Shown: positions 42,395 to 51,354 of the stretch, piece after piece | Layout: each line of letters starts with the position of its first letter | How positions within the stretch are numbered: the first letter of the stretch is position 1 | Sequence record: PZ738962.1 | Strand: one strand, 5' to 3' | DNA from: a phage | DNA: 64,000 nucleotides | Notes under the pieces: generated by a model | Told to the model about the DNA's origin: nothing | Seen by the model: the letters and a program-made list of their open reading frames with translations, nothing else | The model's database searches: none | Position numbers and translations under genes: made by a program

Positions 42395-42423
42395 ATTATA
42401 GGGGATCGGTGATCCCCTGTCAA
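42395..42423 (-). promoter_or_regulatory. promoter-stem-loop cassette (TTGACA, GGGGATCACCGATCCCC, TATAAT)
   Basis: perfect consensus hexamers, 17 nt palindromic spacer. Confidence 0.6.
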
Positions 42424-42430
42424 CAACTTT

Positions 42431-42739
42431 TTATTCTTCATCTTCATTTTTATCTTTATATGCGTACTTCATAAATTTGTCTGCTACTTTGTCCGCGTTT
42501 TCAGGTTCGACGTCTGACGCTAGGACAACAGCTAGTTCGGTTTTGTCGTTTCCATCATACCAATGATTATGAGTGTCGTTTTCTTCGATATAAAACGAAT
42601 CATTTGGAGTTGTGCGACAATATACGTCTAAATTCCCGTCGATATAAAAGATCCAATCCGAATACAAAATGATTGCTTTAGCCAGATTTTTATTGTCTCT
42701 TACAAAAGGTTCCGCGACAAATAGCTTAGTATGTTCCAT
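42431..42739 (-). CDS. H-x-H-W family protein, member E
   Basis: start moved to ATG 42739 (GAGGA Shine-Dalgarno); WIFYIDGNL...DTHNHW...LAVVLASDV. Confidence 0.5.
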   Translation of the reverse strand: MEHTKLFVAEPFVRDNKNLAKAIILYSDWIFYIDGNLDVYCRTTPNDSFYIEENDTHNHWYDGNDKTELAVVLASDVEPENADKVADKFMKYAYKDKNEDEE

Positions 42740-42755
42740 AGTATTTTCCTCAAAA

Positions 42756-42947
42756 TTATACAGCTTCGTAAACTTCCCAATGTCCAACACCAGCACGCTT
42801 AACGAAAAGGTTTTCTTTGATGTTATTCATAAACGTCTGGATGGATTTAATGCGGTTTGAAGGTTTCCAGTCTTCGTTGGCATTGCGTCGATACATCATA
42901 ACATTACCAGTTCGCTTATATTCAGCAACCATTTTAAGACCACACAT
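42756..42947 (-). CDS. hypothetical small protein
   Basis: 63 aa; GAGGA Shine-Dalgarno. Confidence 0.4.
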   Translation of the reverse strand: MCGLKMVAEYKRTGNVMMYRRNANEDWKPSNRIKSIQTFMNNIKENLFVKRAGVGHWEVYEAV

Positions 42948-43003
42948 AATATTATCCTCAATTTGTGGGAGAGTATTACCCTCCCGATTATTGTTATACT
43001 ACA

Positions 43004-43306
43004 TTACGCAAAATGGCGTGTCAATGCTTCTTTTGCTGTTCCGCTAAGATTCTCGATCTCTCCTGGCATAACATCAACCGCAAGAACTTCTACAACATCC
43101 TCTGATCCTAACCAGTGAGTATGACCTTTGTAGAACTTGATATCCCATTTATCGCTATCGCTAGCCCACCACACATCACCGTCGATAAAGTTGATGTAAA
43201 GCACACTACGCCACATTGAATTAATTACTTTCAATACTGCGCCTTTCATCTCTTCCACGGTGTGGTCTTCCATTTTGAAGACCTCGCCTACCTTAACTTT
43301 TGCCAT
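43004..43306 (-). CDS. H-x-H-W family protein, member F
   Basis: 100 aa; LYINFIDGDVW...KGHTHW...EVLAVDV. Confidence 0.5.
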   Translation of the reverse strand: MAKVKVGEVFKMEDHTVEEMKGAVLKVINSMWRSVLYINFIDGDVWWASDSDKWDIKFYKGHTHWLGSEDVVEVLAVDVMPGEIENLSGTAKEALTRHFA

Positions 43307-43323
43307 TTAGTCACCTCTCTTTA

Positions 43324-43503
43324 TTACATAACAATCACGCCCGCCGTTGAAAGTTGATGTTTCAACTGAGCATTTTCTGCTACCGTCAAATCAATGATTT
43401 CTTGTGACGCTGCAATCATATAGCCATTGGTGATATTGTTTTGCATCAGTTCAATGGTTTCTTCGTTGTAGCGGATTTTAGCGATGATTTCGTTGAAGTT
43501 CAT
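43324..43503 (-). CDS. hypothetical small protein (59 aa)
   Basis: ORF-track start runs into the promoter; ATG 43503 with AGGAGAATCAATT. Confidence 0.35.
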   Translation of the reverse strand: MNFNEIIAKIRYNEETIELMQNNITNGYMIAASQEIIDLTVAENAQLKHQLSTAGVIVM

Positions 43504-43537
43504 AATTGATTCTCCTAGTTCGTTTCGGTATGTGTGT

Positions 43538-43566
43538 AGTATAGGGGATCGGTGATCCCCTGTCAA
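43538..43566 (-). promoter_or_regulatory. promoter-stem-loop cassette (TTGACA, GGGGATCACCGATCCCC, TATACT)
   Basis: read directly. Confidence 0.55.
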
Positions 43567-43574
43567 CAACTTTT

Positions 43575-43886
43575 TTAAAGTTTTTCCATGATAACGGTCA
43601 TAATTACATCTTCTGCGCGAGCGGTCAGATTATCAGCGTCAGCATGTGGGCGGCTGGTTGTTACAGAGATAACACCGTTGCGCACTGGTTTGATGTTGAT
43701 ATCAAGATGATCCGCGAAACGTTCGCCAGTTACAGAATGAATTTTGGTGTTAAATTCTTTTGCCAGTGCCTTGCGAACTTCACGAATCAGGGTAGCGTTT
43801 TTCAGTTGGTTCTCCGCGCTCATGGTCTTCTGGGTGTTCATGGTTCCGTCGAAGTCAATCATTGGCAGCGTTACGATGTATTTCAT
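43575..43886 (-). CDS. hypothetical protein (paralog of 40262..40549)
   Basis: start moved to ATG 43886 (MKYIVTLPM...); shares KEFN.K motif. Confidence 0.45.
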   Translation of the reverse strand: MKYIVTLPMIDFDGTMNTQKTMSAENQLKNATLIREVRKALAKEFNTKIHSVTGERFADHLDINIKPVRNGVISVTTSRPHADADNLTARAEDVIMTVIMEKL

Positions 43887-43931
43887 TTTTGATTCTCCGT
43901 TTAAGAAAGTGTGTTTCGTTTTGATGTGTGT

Positions 43932-43960
43932 AGTATAGGGGATCACCGATCCCCTGTCAA
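43932..43960 (-). promoter_or_regulatory. promoter-stem-loop cassette (TTGACA, GGGGATCGGTGATCCCC, TATACT)
   Basis: read directly. Confidence 0.55.
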
Positions 43961-43972
43961 CAACTTTTTGAA

Positions 43973-44449
43973 TTATTTTTCTTGATGCTCGCGATCGTAC
44001 TTTTCGAAATAAAATTCTACTGGCTGGTCGTGGATTGACAGCAAGCCAAAGCGTTTAGCCGCTCGCAATCCCATATTGCGCTGAATGTACTTCTGGAAGT
44101 TCTCGCGTATACACTTACGCCAGTATTCTAAGCCCATACAGCTTTTATAAAGATTGCATTGCACACACGCCGGATTCATGTTATCAAGTATATCATGCTC
44201 CGGTTTATGCATTCCTACAACCTTATATTTCCATGATCCATCATCATTACGGGCAATTCGTCCATTTTCATCATAGACTACCTTTGAGCGTCGCAATACT
44301 GGTTTGATGTGGTCCGCGTGCCAGCGATCCCCTAGTTCCTCGCCACAATAGGCACAACGTCCACCATATTTCATTTTCAGGATCTGGCGTTGCTCTTTCT
44401 TTGACAATTTTTTAGGTTTAGGGGCTTTCGCCCCTTCATTATCACACAT
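43973..44449 (-). CDS. HNH homing endonuclease (Mob-like), free-standing upstream of ligase
   Basis: 158 aa; CAYCG...HADHIKP...N...CVQCN (HNH with zinc-binding Cys pairs); stop overlaps ligase start region. Confidence 0.65.
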   Translation of the reverse strand: MCDNEGAKAPKPKKLSKKEQRQILKMKYGGRCAYCGEELGDRWHADHIKPVLRRSKVVYDENGRIARNDDGSWKYKVVGMHKPEHDILDNMNPACVQCNLYKSCMGLEYWRKCIRENFQKYIQRNMGLRAAKRFGLLSIHDQPVEFYFEKYDREHQEK

Positions 44450-45938
44450 CGAATACCTCTTTTACTGTATTTGCAGTGGTCTTGTCGTAGCGAATACGTT
44501 TGATGATTGGGAGAAATAAAGAGAACTCCGGTTCATCTTCTTTACGTGATTTGCTGCGGATATACCCGTTGCATGTCATCTCAATGACTTTTCCAATCAG
44601 GTTATGACGGTCAGCCCATAACATTTCTCGGTCGAGTTCATTTCGACGATCGAACGGAATTACACGTTCGATACCATCATCACCTTTTTCGGTTGTAGTG
44701 TCGGTTAATCCCGATCCGGTGTTAGTCATCATTCGTCCGCACGCACTACGGACAGTAAAACCGCCTACCTTATTGGGGTCTTTACTATGCGGATATACAT
44801 CAACAATTTCCGCGTCGAAGTCAATCACTTCTTTAAATTTAACCTGATCTTTACTACGGCGATCTTCAAATACACCATGTAAATTTTTAAGGATAATACC
44901 TTCTAAGCCCATGTTGACATAACGATGATATACTTCGCGAGCTTCATCGATATTGTTAACTACAGTGTTTTCGATGATCTGAACACGAGGATCGTTAAGT
45001 TCTTCAACAATCTGTTTTAGTTCTTCGAATCGATCTTTATATTGCTTCGTTGCTTTCTCGTTTCCGTAATACACATCACGGTCGATAACATCCCAGACAG
45101 TGTAAACAATACATTGGGCTTCTTCTTTTGGAATAGTTCCTTTAAGTGATTTGTTGAGGATACCATTTCCGGTCTGACGATCTGCAACAACGGATTCTTT
45201 CACTGCTTCCGCTACTGGCGTTAATGGCATTTCCTCTTCTTCAAATATCCATGACAGAGTACCATCATAAACGCTTTCAACGAAGTTCTGCGCTGGTGTT
45301 TGAGAAAGGGTAGGCATATATACCAATTCGCCATCTAGAACAATTCCACGGCCTCGTAGACGCTCTAAAACCGCAAACAAATCATCAAGCCCTTGATAGG
45401 TATTACCTGAGCGGGTATAGATTGCTAATGTTTCCCCGTCAATATCAGCCATACCACGAGCGCCATCGCTTTTAAGTTGTGCATACGCCGGATACTTGAT
45501 ATTAGCAATCGTCTTATCAGAACATGACGATGCAAGGTGGCACGGTTGCTGGGGGATCAGTTTCTTCCATACCTTGTTTGCAGTGGTAGCGGAACAGCCG
45601 CATTCCAGATCACGATTCAGGACCATCATTGCAACTTTAGCATCATCCTCTGACAAGCAAGTCAGAGTATCGGTAACTAGTTGTAATGCTGCATTACCAG
45701 TTACTTGACGCGTGGCAAGTTTATTTTTAAAGACCTGTAATGCACCGGATAAAGACAATACAGACGAATAGCGAGACGGTTTATCGTATTTCTTTACGCC
45801 AAACGTAACCTGTTTGCAATATGCCAGATAAAAGCATTCTTTCAGCGTTTCATTGCTTGCTGATTCTTTCAGAATCTTTTCTTTCAGCGATGTTTTGTCT
45901 GTTGCTGCAAGCTGATTAATGATATTAAGAATTGACAT
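44442..45938 (-). CDS. 30: ATP-dependent DNA ligase gp30
   Basis: ORF-track start is GTG; ATG 45938 with GAGGTG Shine-Dalgarno; adenylation motif AQLKSDGAR (KxDG); collinear with recalled T4 ligase. Confidence 0.9.
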   Translation of the reverse strand: MSILNIINQLAATDKTSLKEKILKESASNETLKECFYLAYCKQVTFGVKKYDKPSRYSSVLSLSGALQVFKNKLATRQVTGNAALQLVTDTLTCLSEDDAKVAMMVLNRDLECGCSATTANKVWKKLIPQQPCHLASSCSDKTIANIKYPAYAQLKSDGARGMADIDGETLAIYTRSGNTYQGLDDLFAVLERLRGRGIVLDGELVYMPTLSQTPAQNFVESVYDGTLSWIFEEEEMPLTPVAEAVKESVVADRQTGNGILNKSLKGTIPKEEAQCIVYTVWDVIDRDVYYGNEKATKQYKDRFEELKQIVEELNDPRVQIIENTVVNNIDEAREVYHRYVNMGLEGIILKNLHGVFEDRRSKDQVKFKEVIDFDAEIVDVYPHSKDPNKVGGFTVRSACGRMMTNTGSGLTDTTTEKGDDGIERVIPFDRRNELDREMLWADRHNLIGKVIEMTCNGYIRSKSRKEDEPEFSLFLPIIKRIRYDKTTANTVKEVFDV

Positions 45939-46404
45939 TTTCACCTCGTTTTGTTAAACGTTCACGAATATCATTGAGGATACTACAAAATTCCGATTCA
46001 GTCAATATAGTCTTTAACGGATCAGTTCCACCTATACTATGACGTAATTTCTTATTTCCGGTAGCGAGTAATGCTTTACAAAATTCTGGGTTATTCCGTG
46101 CCATCGTAACAAATGCCAGATGTACCAGTCTGTAATAATGCTCACTCATTCGATGAATCGGGCGACCCTGAAAATATAACATGTGATTCTCAATCTTTTC
46201 AGTTCTTCCGGTTCTTTTTGCTTTGCCACCGTGCATCAAAAAGATTTCTCTTTGTCTCTGAGGGTTCTTAAATCTTAGCCCCTGTAAAAATCCTTCTGTG
46301 CTGTTAATATCGCAGCCAAATAAACGGAATGGTCTTTTATTGAAATTACTCAATTCACCCGATGGATAGGGTCCACCCGCATAGATATCAATTTCAGAAG
46401 TCAT
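45925..46404 (-). CDS. NADAR (YbiA-like) domain protein
   Basis: 159 aa; YAGGPYPSGELSNF...STEGFLQGLRF...EFCKALLATGNKKL parallels E. coli YbiA FYS..FSNFA...TSEHYFQAQKF...ELRALLLATAP (recalled). Confidence 0.55.
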   Translation of the reverse strand: MTSEIDIYAGGPYPSGELSNFNKRPFRLFGCDINSTEGFLQGLRFKNPQRQREIFLMHGGKAKRTGRTEKIENHMLYFQGRPIHRMSEHYYRLVHLAFVTMARNNPEFCKALLATGNKKLRHSIGGTDPLKTILTESEFCSILNDIRERLTKRGENVNS

Positions 46405-46558
46405 TGAAACTAATCTCGCTAATCAGAGAGAACGGATCATAATCGTCATTAGGAATATCGATAGTAATCGAATGAGGATTTACCCATACACCAAACTGGT
46501 CTTCTTCGGTGAATACTTCGGTATGGATTTCGTGGATGTTTACATTCATAGTTTTCAT
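46394..46558 (-). CDS. hypothetical small protein
   Basis: ORF-track start is TTG; ATG at 46558 with AAGGA. Confidence 0.3.
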   Translation of the reverse strand: MKTMNVNIHEIHTEVFTEEDQFGVWVNPHSITIDIPNDDYDPFSLISEISFNDF

Positions 46559-46599
46559 AATAAATTCCTTAATAATCAATAACTTACAAAATCATATAG

Positions 46600-46628
46600 C
46601 CAAAATATAGGCGGGATTATTTCCCGCC
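46600..46628 (-). terminator. hairpin ggcggga-ttattt-tcccgcc downstream of gene 31 (minus strand)
   Basis: read directly. Confidence 0.45.
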
Positions 46629-46639
46629 GTTTAAAATCA

Positions 46640-46963
46640 TTAACCGTAAACTACCACAATATTCTGTTTGTGCGTTACAGTCCATTTCAGGTCGATCTCT
46701 TCTTCCTTCTTAACGCCGTTAATAACGTCTGGATGAGGAACTTTATTCATCTTGCCATGTGGCAGTAGAACAGTTTTACCCAGCAATTCTTTATCTACCG
46801 TCTCGCCAATATCAATAATCTTACCTACCAGCGGAATCTCGCCCATAGTGCGCTTTTGCTCAATAATGATCCCCATAGAGCTTTTTACTTCTGTCCCTGC
46901 GCTTTCTGCTTTAGCTTCAATGATCACATAGTCACCAAGCGCTTTAGGAGTTTTAACGGTCAT
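46640..46963 (-). CDS. 31: GroES-like co-chaperonin gp31
   Basis: 107 aa; GroES-like beta-rich sequence with mobile-loop-like Gly-rich segment; position after ligase. Confidence 0.7.
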   Translation of the reverse strand: MTVKTPKALGDYVIIEAKAESAGTEVKSSMGIIIEQKRTMGEIPLVGKIIDIGETVDKELLGKTVLLPHGKMNKVPHPDVINGVKKEEEIDLKWTVTHKQNIVVVYG

Positions 46964-47004
46964 AATTTTATTACCTCTTCAAATCAATACAGTTTAATGA
47001 TGAA

Positions 47005-47319
47005 TTATTTATAAATTTCGACGATCTGCGCTGGAGTCAGCCCGTCTACATTAATCAGACTATCAAGCCCAAAACTACGGAAACCTTCAACTGCAATTTC
47101 ATATACTGGCAAAGATGTTTCTGATTCTTTACGCGGTTTTTCAACATTCGGAACTAACCACTTTTCGTATGTTTCAAACGGCATCAGTGCCGGATCTCGC
47201 GTGGCGATCATCTCACGGACAGTACCATCTTTCTTAGTAAACTGAAAAGAGTGAGTACCGACCGAAAACATTTTCTTTAGTGCTTCACGAAGTGCGATAT
47301 TATCAACTTGTTCAGTCAT
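47005..47319 (-). CDS. hypothetical protein
   Basis: ORF-track start is TTG; ATG at 47319. Confidence 0.4.
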   Translation of the reverse strand: MTEQVDNIALREALKKMFSVGTHSFQFTKKDGTVREMIATRDPALMPFETYEKWLVPNVEKPRKESETSLPVYEIAVEGFRSFGLDSLINVDGLTPAQIVEIYK

Positions 47320-47818
47320 TATCAATACCCTTCAAATCAGTCAATAATGCTTTTGGAATACGCGTGATTGTAATATCTGCATTATTCAGAATATCAGCCC
47401 AATCACGCCCACCATTTCGATCATATGTGTCGCAATAGTATAGATGTTTAATACCACTGTTTGCAATTGCTTTAGCGCAATCTGGACACGGTGAAGCAGT
47501 ACACCACATACTAGCGCCTTCAATCGATACACCGCTACGGGCAGCAAACAAAATAGCATTTAATTCAGCATGAATCTCGTTTTTCTGTGACCATGCACTA
47601 TGCTCTGGTCGTTTTTCTGGGATCATTTTGCCGTCATCATCCAGCCAACCGTTTTTATGTGCATGACAGCTACAATTTACTTGCCCTGCTGGAGTTCCGT
47701 TAAATCCAGTAGAAATGATTCGCCCGTCTTTTTCGATCAGTGCGCCTACCTTCCACGAAACGCATTTAGAGTTCTTTGCGATTAGATAGGCGATCTGCAT
47801 GTAAGTTTGTGACAACAT
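47312..47818 (-). CDS. cd: dCMP deaminase
   Basis: 168 aa; zinc-binding HAE (EIHAELNA) and PCxxC (SPCPDCAKAI) motifs. Confidence 0.8.
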   Translation of the reverse strand: MLSQTYMQIAYLIAKNSKCVSWKVGALIEKDGRIISTGFNGTPAGQVNCSCHAHKNGWLDDDGKMIPEKRPEHSAWSQKNEIHAELNAILFAARSGVSIEGASMWCTASPCPDCAKAIANSGIKHLYYCDTYDRNGGRDWADILNNADITITRIPKALLTDLKGIDND

Positions 47819-47839
47819 AATATAATCCTCACATATTAA

Positions 47840-48043
47840 TTAACCGTATACGCGAAAGTATTCTACTGATCCGTCGCTATACTGTTTTACATTGAATGTA
47901 TTCACGCCATGATCATTGCTCATAATGACATACACACTGCGACGCTCATCACTAAACGGGTTAACTGGTGCTGGTTCAATTTCAACATTAAAACCACGTT
48001 TAGCAAGTGCTTCGCCTAATTTCTTGAGTTTATCGGTAAACAT
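47840..48043 (-). CDS. hypothetical small protein
   Basis: 67 aa. Confidence 0.35.
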   Translation of the reverse strand: MFTDKLKKLGEALAKRGFNVEIEPAPVNPFSDERRSVYVIMSNDHGVNTFNVKQYSDGSVEYFRVYG

Positions 48044-48921
48044 TAAAAGTCTCCGTAGTTAACCTGAAAACATTCTACACCAATTGAGCGATACATGTCA
48101 ACCACTTGATCACGGTCATCTACCGCCAAAACAACATGATAACGCGGTGCAATTTCAGAGAAGAAGATCTCTTTCTTCACTTCATGATCAGGACGACGAT
48201 CATTAGTTTCACGTTGAAAGTGATCACTCGGTTCAATACCCTGTTCACGCAACCATTGCAGAGTATCTTCTTCGCAAACATCCTCACGCCCTGAGCATGT
48301 AATGATACGATAACCATTATCACGATACAGTTTAAGCATTTCGACCACTTGCGGACGAGGTTTATCTTCTTTGACCTTTGTCCAGTCAAACGGATGACGA
48401 CCGCCCTTATCCGCTAATGTCCCATCAATATCAAAGATCACTGCCTTTGGCAGCATGGTATTCGGTTTGTATACTTCTTGACCCATATATTCCTGCATCA
48501 GATAAAATTGGTTGCGCAAATGAGAAAGTGGAATTGCTTTCTCACCGCGATAGAAATTACGTTTCTTTAGTGTCTCAAATGATTCATTGAACACTTGTTC
48601 AGTATACACCGCGTTAAATTCTTTTGCAAGTTCTTTGTAGAATACACGATGTTTTTCTTTCAGGTTGGTATCGGAGATAATGATACTCAATCCGCGTGAT
48701 AGAGTCTCACGAGCAATCATTCTCTGAATAGACTCTACCAGCTTTTCTTTTTCCTTAGTATACTTGTATTTCAAATGTGAGTCAACACCAAACAACATAA
48801 GACGAAGATCATCACGATTCACATTACGATAATTACTAAACCGTTTACATGTTTCCATCGCCCATGTAGTTTTACCGGACCCAGAACAACCAACGGTTAA
48901 AATCACTTCACATTTCGGCAT
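48043..48921 (-). CDS. pseT: polynucleotide 5'-kinase / 3'-phosphatase
   Basis: ORF-track start is GTG; ATG 48921 with AGGAGA; Walker A GCSGSGKTTWA; phosphatase motif VIFDIDGTL; C-terminal QVNYGDF as in T4. Confidence 0.85.
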   Translation of the reverse strand: MPKCEVILTVGCSGSGKTTWAMETCKRFSNYRNVNRDDLRLMLFGVDSHLKYKYTKEKEKLVESIQRMIARETLSRGLSIIISDTNLKEKHRVFYKELAKEFNAVYTEQVFNESFETLKKRNFYRGEKAIPLSHLRNQFYLMQEYMGQEVYKPNTMLPKAVIFDIDGTLADKGGRHPFDWTKVKEDKPRPQVVEMLKLYRDNGYRIITCSGREDVCEEDTLQWLREQGIEPSDHFQRETNDRRPDHEVKKEIFFSEIAPRYHVVLAVDDRDQVVDMYRSIGVECFQVNYGDF

Positions 48922-49373
48922 TATTTCTCCTTCGGTTTGCACCGTTCCTCATTAAGTTCTTTTCGATAATAACACATGATCAACTTACTTTCAAGTGTAT
49001 ATCTCTTAATATCCGCAAGCCAGACTCTGAATTTTTGGGAGTCCTCCCACGACATAGAAACTCTAGGTTTACCGTCTATTGTATCCACTTTCAGGTCAAT
49101 GTCAACTTTTTCTATTGGTGCTGGTAGTGGTGGATGTAATTTCGGTTCCTGTGAATAATGGTCCATTGTACACGAAGAAAGCGCAAATACAATAGGCAAA
49201 GCGAAGACATGGATTATGGAGGTCTGAAAATTCTTATGTGCTTTCTTAAACATCCAGTGTATCACGAAAATTGAAAACACCATCAGGATAATAATGCTTG
49301 CACCTATCCACAGATAATCAACCAGATTAAAATTGCTTATCTGCTCTTGTGTAGGCAATATTTCTATGCTCAT
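48921..49373 (-). CDS. membrane protein
   Basis: 150 aa; N-terminal transmembrane helix; stop overlaps pseT start (ATGA). Confidence 0.4.
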   Translation of the reverse strand: MSIEILPTQEQISNFNLVDYLWIGASIIILMVFSIFVIHWMFKKAHKNFQTSIIHVFALPIVFALSSCTMDHYSQEPKLHPPLPAPIEKVDIDLKVDTIDGKPRVSMSWEDSQKFRVWLADIKRYTLESKLIMCYYRKELNEERCKPKEK

Positions 49374-49693
49374 TTAGTAGCCTCCTTTAATTCTTCGGTA
49401 AACTCCTTAAATGAGTCATTAAGCTGTTTCTCTACCAACTTGGGTTTTTGTGCTACTACATAGCCTCGTGTAGCGTCTTTCATTGCTTTGTTTTGTTCTT
49501 CCGCAAACTTAGTTCTTATTCCGTACATCTCCTTTTGTAGTGAGTCTACGACCTTCATCTTTTCATCGGTCTTTTTCTTATACTCTGTAAATTCCTGATT
49601 CAGTCGATCTACCTCCTTTTTATTTTCCCACCACATATTACCACCTACCCCTAGCAACACAGAGATGATAACAATGTATATCAGCTTTGACAT
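49370..49693 (-). CDS. small membrane-anchored protein
   Basis: ORF-track start is TTG; ATG 49693 gives MSKLIYIVIISVLLGVGG... Confidence 0.35.
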   Translation of the reverse strand: MSKLIYIVIISVLLGVGGNMWWENKKEVDRLNQEFTEYKKKTDEKMKVVDSLQKEMYGIRTKFAEEQNKAMKDATRGYVVAQKPKLVEKQLNDSFKEFTEELKEATK

Positions 49694-49702
49694 ATTACCC
49701 CC

Positions 49703-49731
49703 AACGACAAAAGGCGGGGAACTAGCCCCGC
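49703..49731 (-). terminator. hairpin gcgggg-aactag-ccccgc downstream of rnlA (minus strand)
   Basis: read directly. Confidence 0.45.
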
Positions 49732-49737
49732 TTATTA

Positions 49738-50907
49738 TTACCAATCAATCTTATCCGCCGGAATAAGTTTCTTATAATTCCGTAGATAGTAAGTTTTCAT
49801 TGAATCCAGAATACGGTCATAATCAAGACCATCAAATGCAATCATCAGACACATGAAAATATATGCTTGTGCATCACCATGTTTACGTGATTCGATAGTC
49901 GCATTTGATGCATATGTCTTTCTGTCTTCTCCCGCGTGTGCGTTATAAAATTCTGTTGCTGTCGTGAAGGCATTGCGAAGAATAGACCTGAATGCTTCCT
50001 CGAATAGCTCGATTCGTTCCAGTGCTTCCGGTTCGCCTTCATATGCAGCACGCAAATCATCGGTTTCGCTTTCTACGACATAGTAGATCAGGTTATTAGG
50101 AAACATCGATGTGTTTTTAATGTTATGCACACCAATATACCATTCACTCTTCACTTTGAACATTTGACCGTCTTTAGTGCGTGCAACAATTCCTTCGATA
50201 CCTTCTGCGGTCCGAACTTCATCAAGAATATTGCTAAAACGCGCTGAATCAACCTGTAACGCATTTACCAGATGAGGACGTAGGATTGCGTCAGAAAATA
50301 GCATTTGATGCGGTACGTACTCTCCTGTGACGTTATGGCGTACATTCAGAAGTGTTAGCGACGGTTCAGAATATTCTACAACAATTCGGTTGCTGGGTGC
50401 TGTATATTCAAAGTTGAAAGTATAATCAGACCCAATATCAGCAATCTTAGCGCGTAGATCCGCATACTTCTCTGAATACAGAAGACCGTTTGCTCTCTCT
50501 GCCTGGCTTGAGTACAAGGCCGCTTTAGACTTCAACTGAACATAGCCGTTATCAATGTAGGTGCTTACTAGACTACCGTCCATTTTGTCCATGACCATTT
50601 CCACATCTTCCGGCTTAAAGCGAGCGCGATCATTCTCGCCTAAATTAAAAAACTTCTCCATAGGACGAGATGCAATGCGGACCGGACGACCTTTATCGTC
50701 AATTTCAAACATGATCCCGCGACACTCTAACGCATCTGGTTTATTCCACATTTCCGGTTTGCTCAAGTACAGATAACTAAAAATGCGCATACGGGTTTGC
50801 ATCGCCGTAATTTCATCTTTGTAATAGAACGTATCAGATCCGTCACATAGTGCCATCAGATTTTTGAACAATGCTAAAACTTTTTTGTTGTTTTCTTTTG
50901 TTGACAT
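49738..50907 (-). CDS. rnlA: RNA ligase 1
   Basis: 389 aa; ALECRGIMFEIDDKGRPVRIASRPMEKFFNL and KxDG motif MDKMDGSLVSTY match recalled T4 RnlA. Confidence 0.85.
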   Translation of the reverse strand: MSTKENNKKVLALFKNLMALCDGSDTFYYKDEITAMQTRMRIFSYLYLSKPEMWNKPDALECRGIMFEIDDKGRPVRIASRPMEKFFNLGENDRARFKPEDVEMVMDKMDGSLVSTYIDNGYVQLKSKAALYSSQAERANGLLYSEKYADLRAKIADIGSDYTFNFEYTAPSNRIVVEYSEPSLTLLNVRHNVTGEYVPHQMLFSDAILRPHLVNALQVDSARFSNILDEVRTAEGIEGIVARTKDGQMFKVKSEWYIGVHNIKNTSMFPNNLIYYVVESETDDLRAAYEGEPEALERIELFEEAFRSILRNAFTTATEFYNAHAGEDRKTYASNATIESRKHGDAQAYIFMCLMIAFDGLDYDRILDSMKTYYLRNYKKLIPADKIDW

Positions 50908-51304
50908 AATTTGTGTTCCATTCTGGTTTAAATTTGGTGATCAAAACAGGTTCTTCGATATCGGCAGTGCTTATAATATCCTTACCCGTTGGATTCTCGA
51001 TGTACAACTCAAAGCACTGTCGGTAATAGAATGTTACTGTCTTACCTTCCTCTAGCGCCTTATGAATATTCTTACTCTTGCGAGTATCCGCTGTTGGTGT
51101 TTGTCTGTTAATGCTAGTCCGGTAATAATTGATCCGCTTTCTGAGATTGACAGTCTGACCAATGTATACCAGTTCATCATCAACAACAATAGCGTAAAGA
51201 ACATTTAAACGGTTCTTCTGAGGCGGCAGAATCACATCACCATCTTTACACTCTAAACATGAATATTTAACGAATCCATAGTTTTCTATTAGCTCATTAA
51301 TCAT
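50843..51304 (-). CDS. denA: endonuclease II (GIY-YIG family)
   Basis: 153 aa; NVLYAIVVDDELVYIGQTVNLRKRINYYRTSINR nearly identical in pattern to recalled T4 EndoII. Confidence 0.85.
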   Translation of the reverse strand: MINELIENYGFVKYSCLECKDGDVILPPQKNRLNVLYAIVVDDELVYIGQTVNLRKRINYYRTSINRQTPTADTRKSKNIHKALEEGKTVTFYYRQCFELYIENPTGKDIISTADIEEPVLITKFKPEWNTNYVNKRKQQKSFSIVQKSDGTM

Positions 51305-51321
51305 TATCCTTTCCTCACGTC

Positions 51322-51348
51322 ACAACAAAGGCGGGATTTCTCCCGCCC
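51322..51348 (-). terminator. hairpin ggcggga-tttc-tcccgcc (minus strand)
   Basis: read directly. Confidence 0.45.
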
Positions 51349-51354
51349 ACCTTA

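Larger units (their letters stand above)
42193..42425. repeat. duplicated block of about 230 bp, copy 2
   Basis: same small ORF (MFQTKAECEAY...) and promoter cassette as copy 1. Confidence 0.55.
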
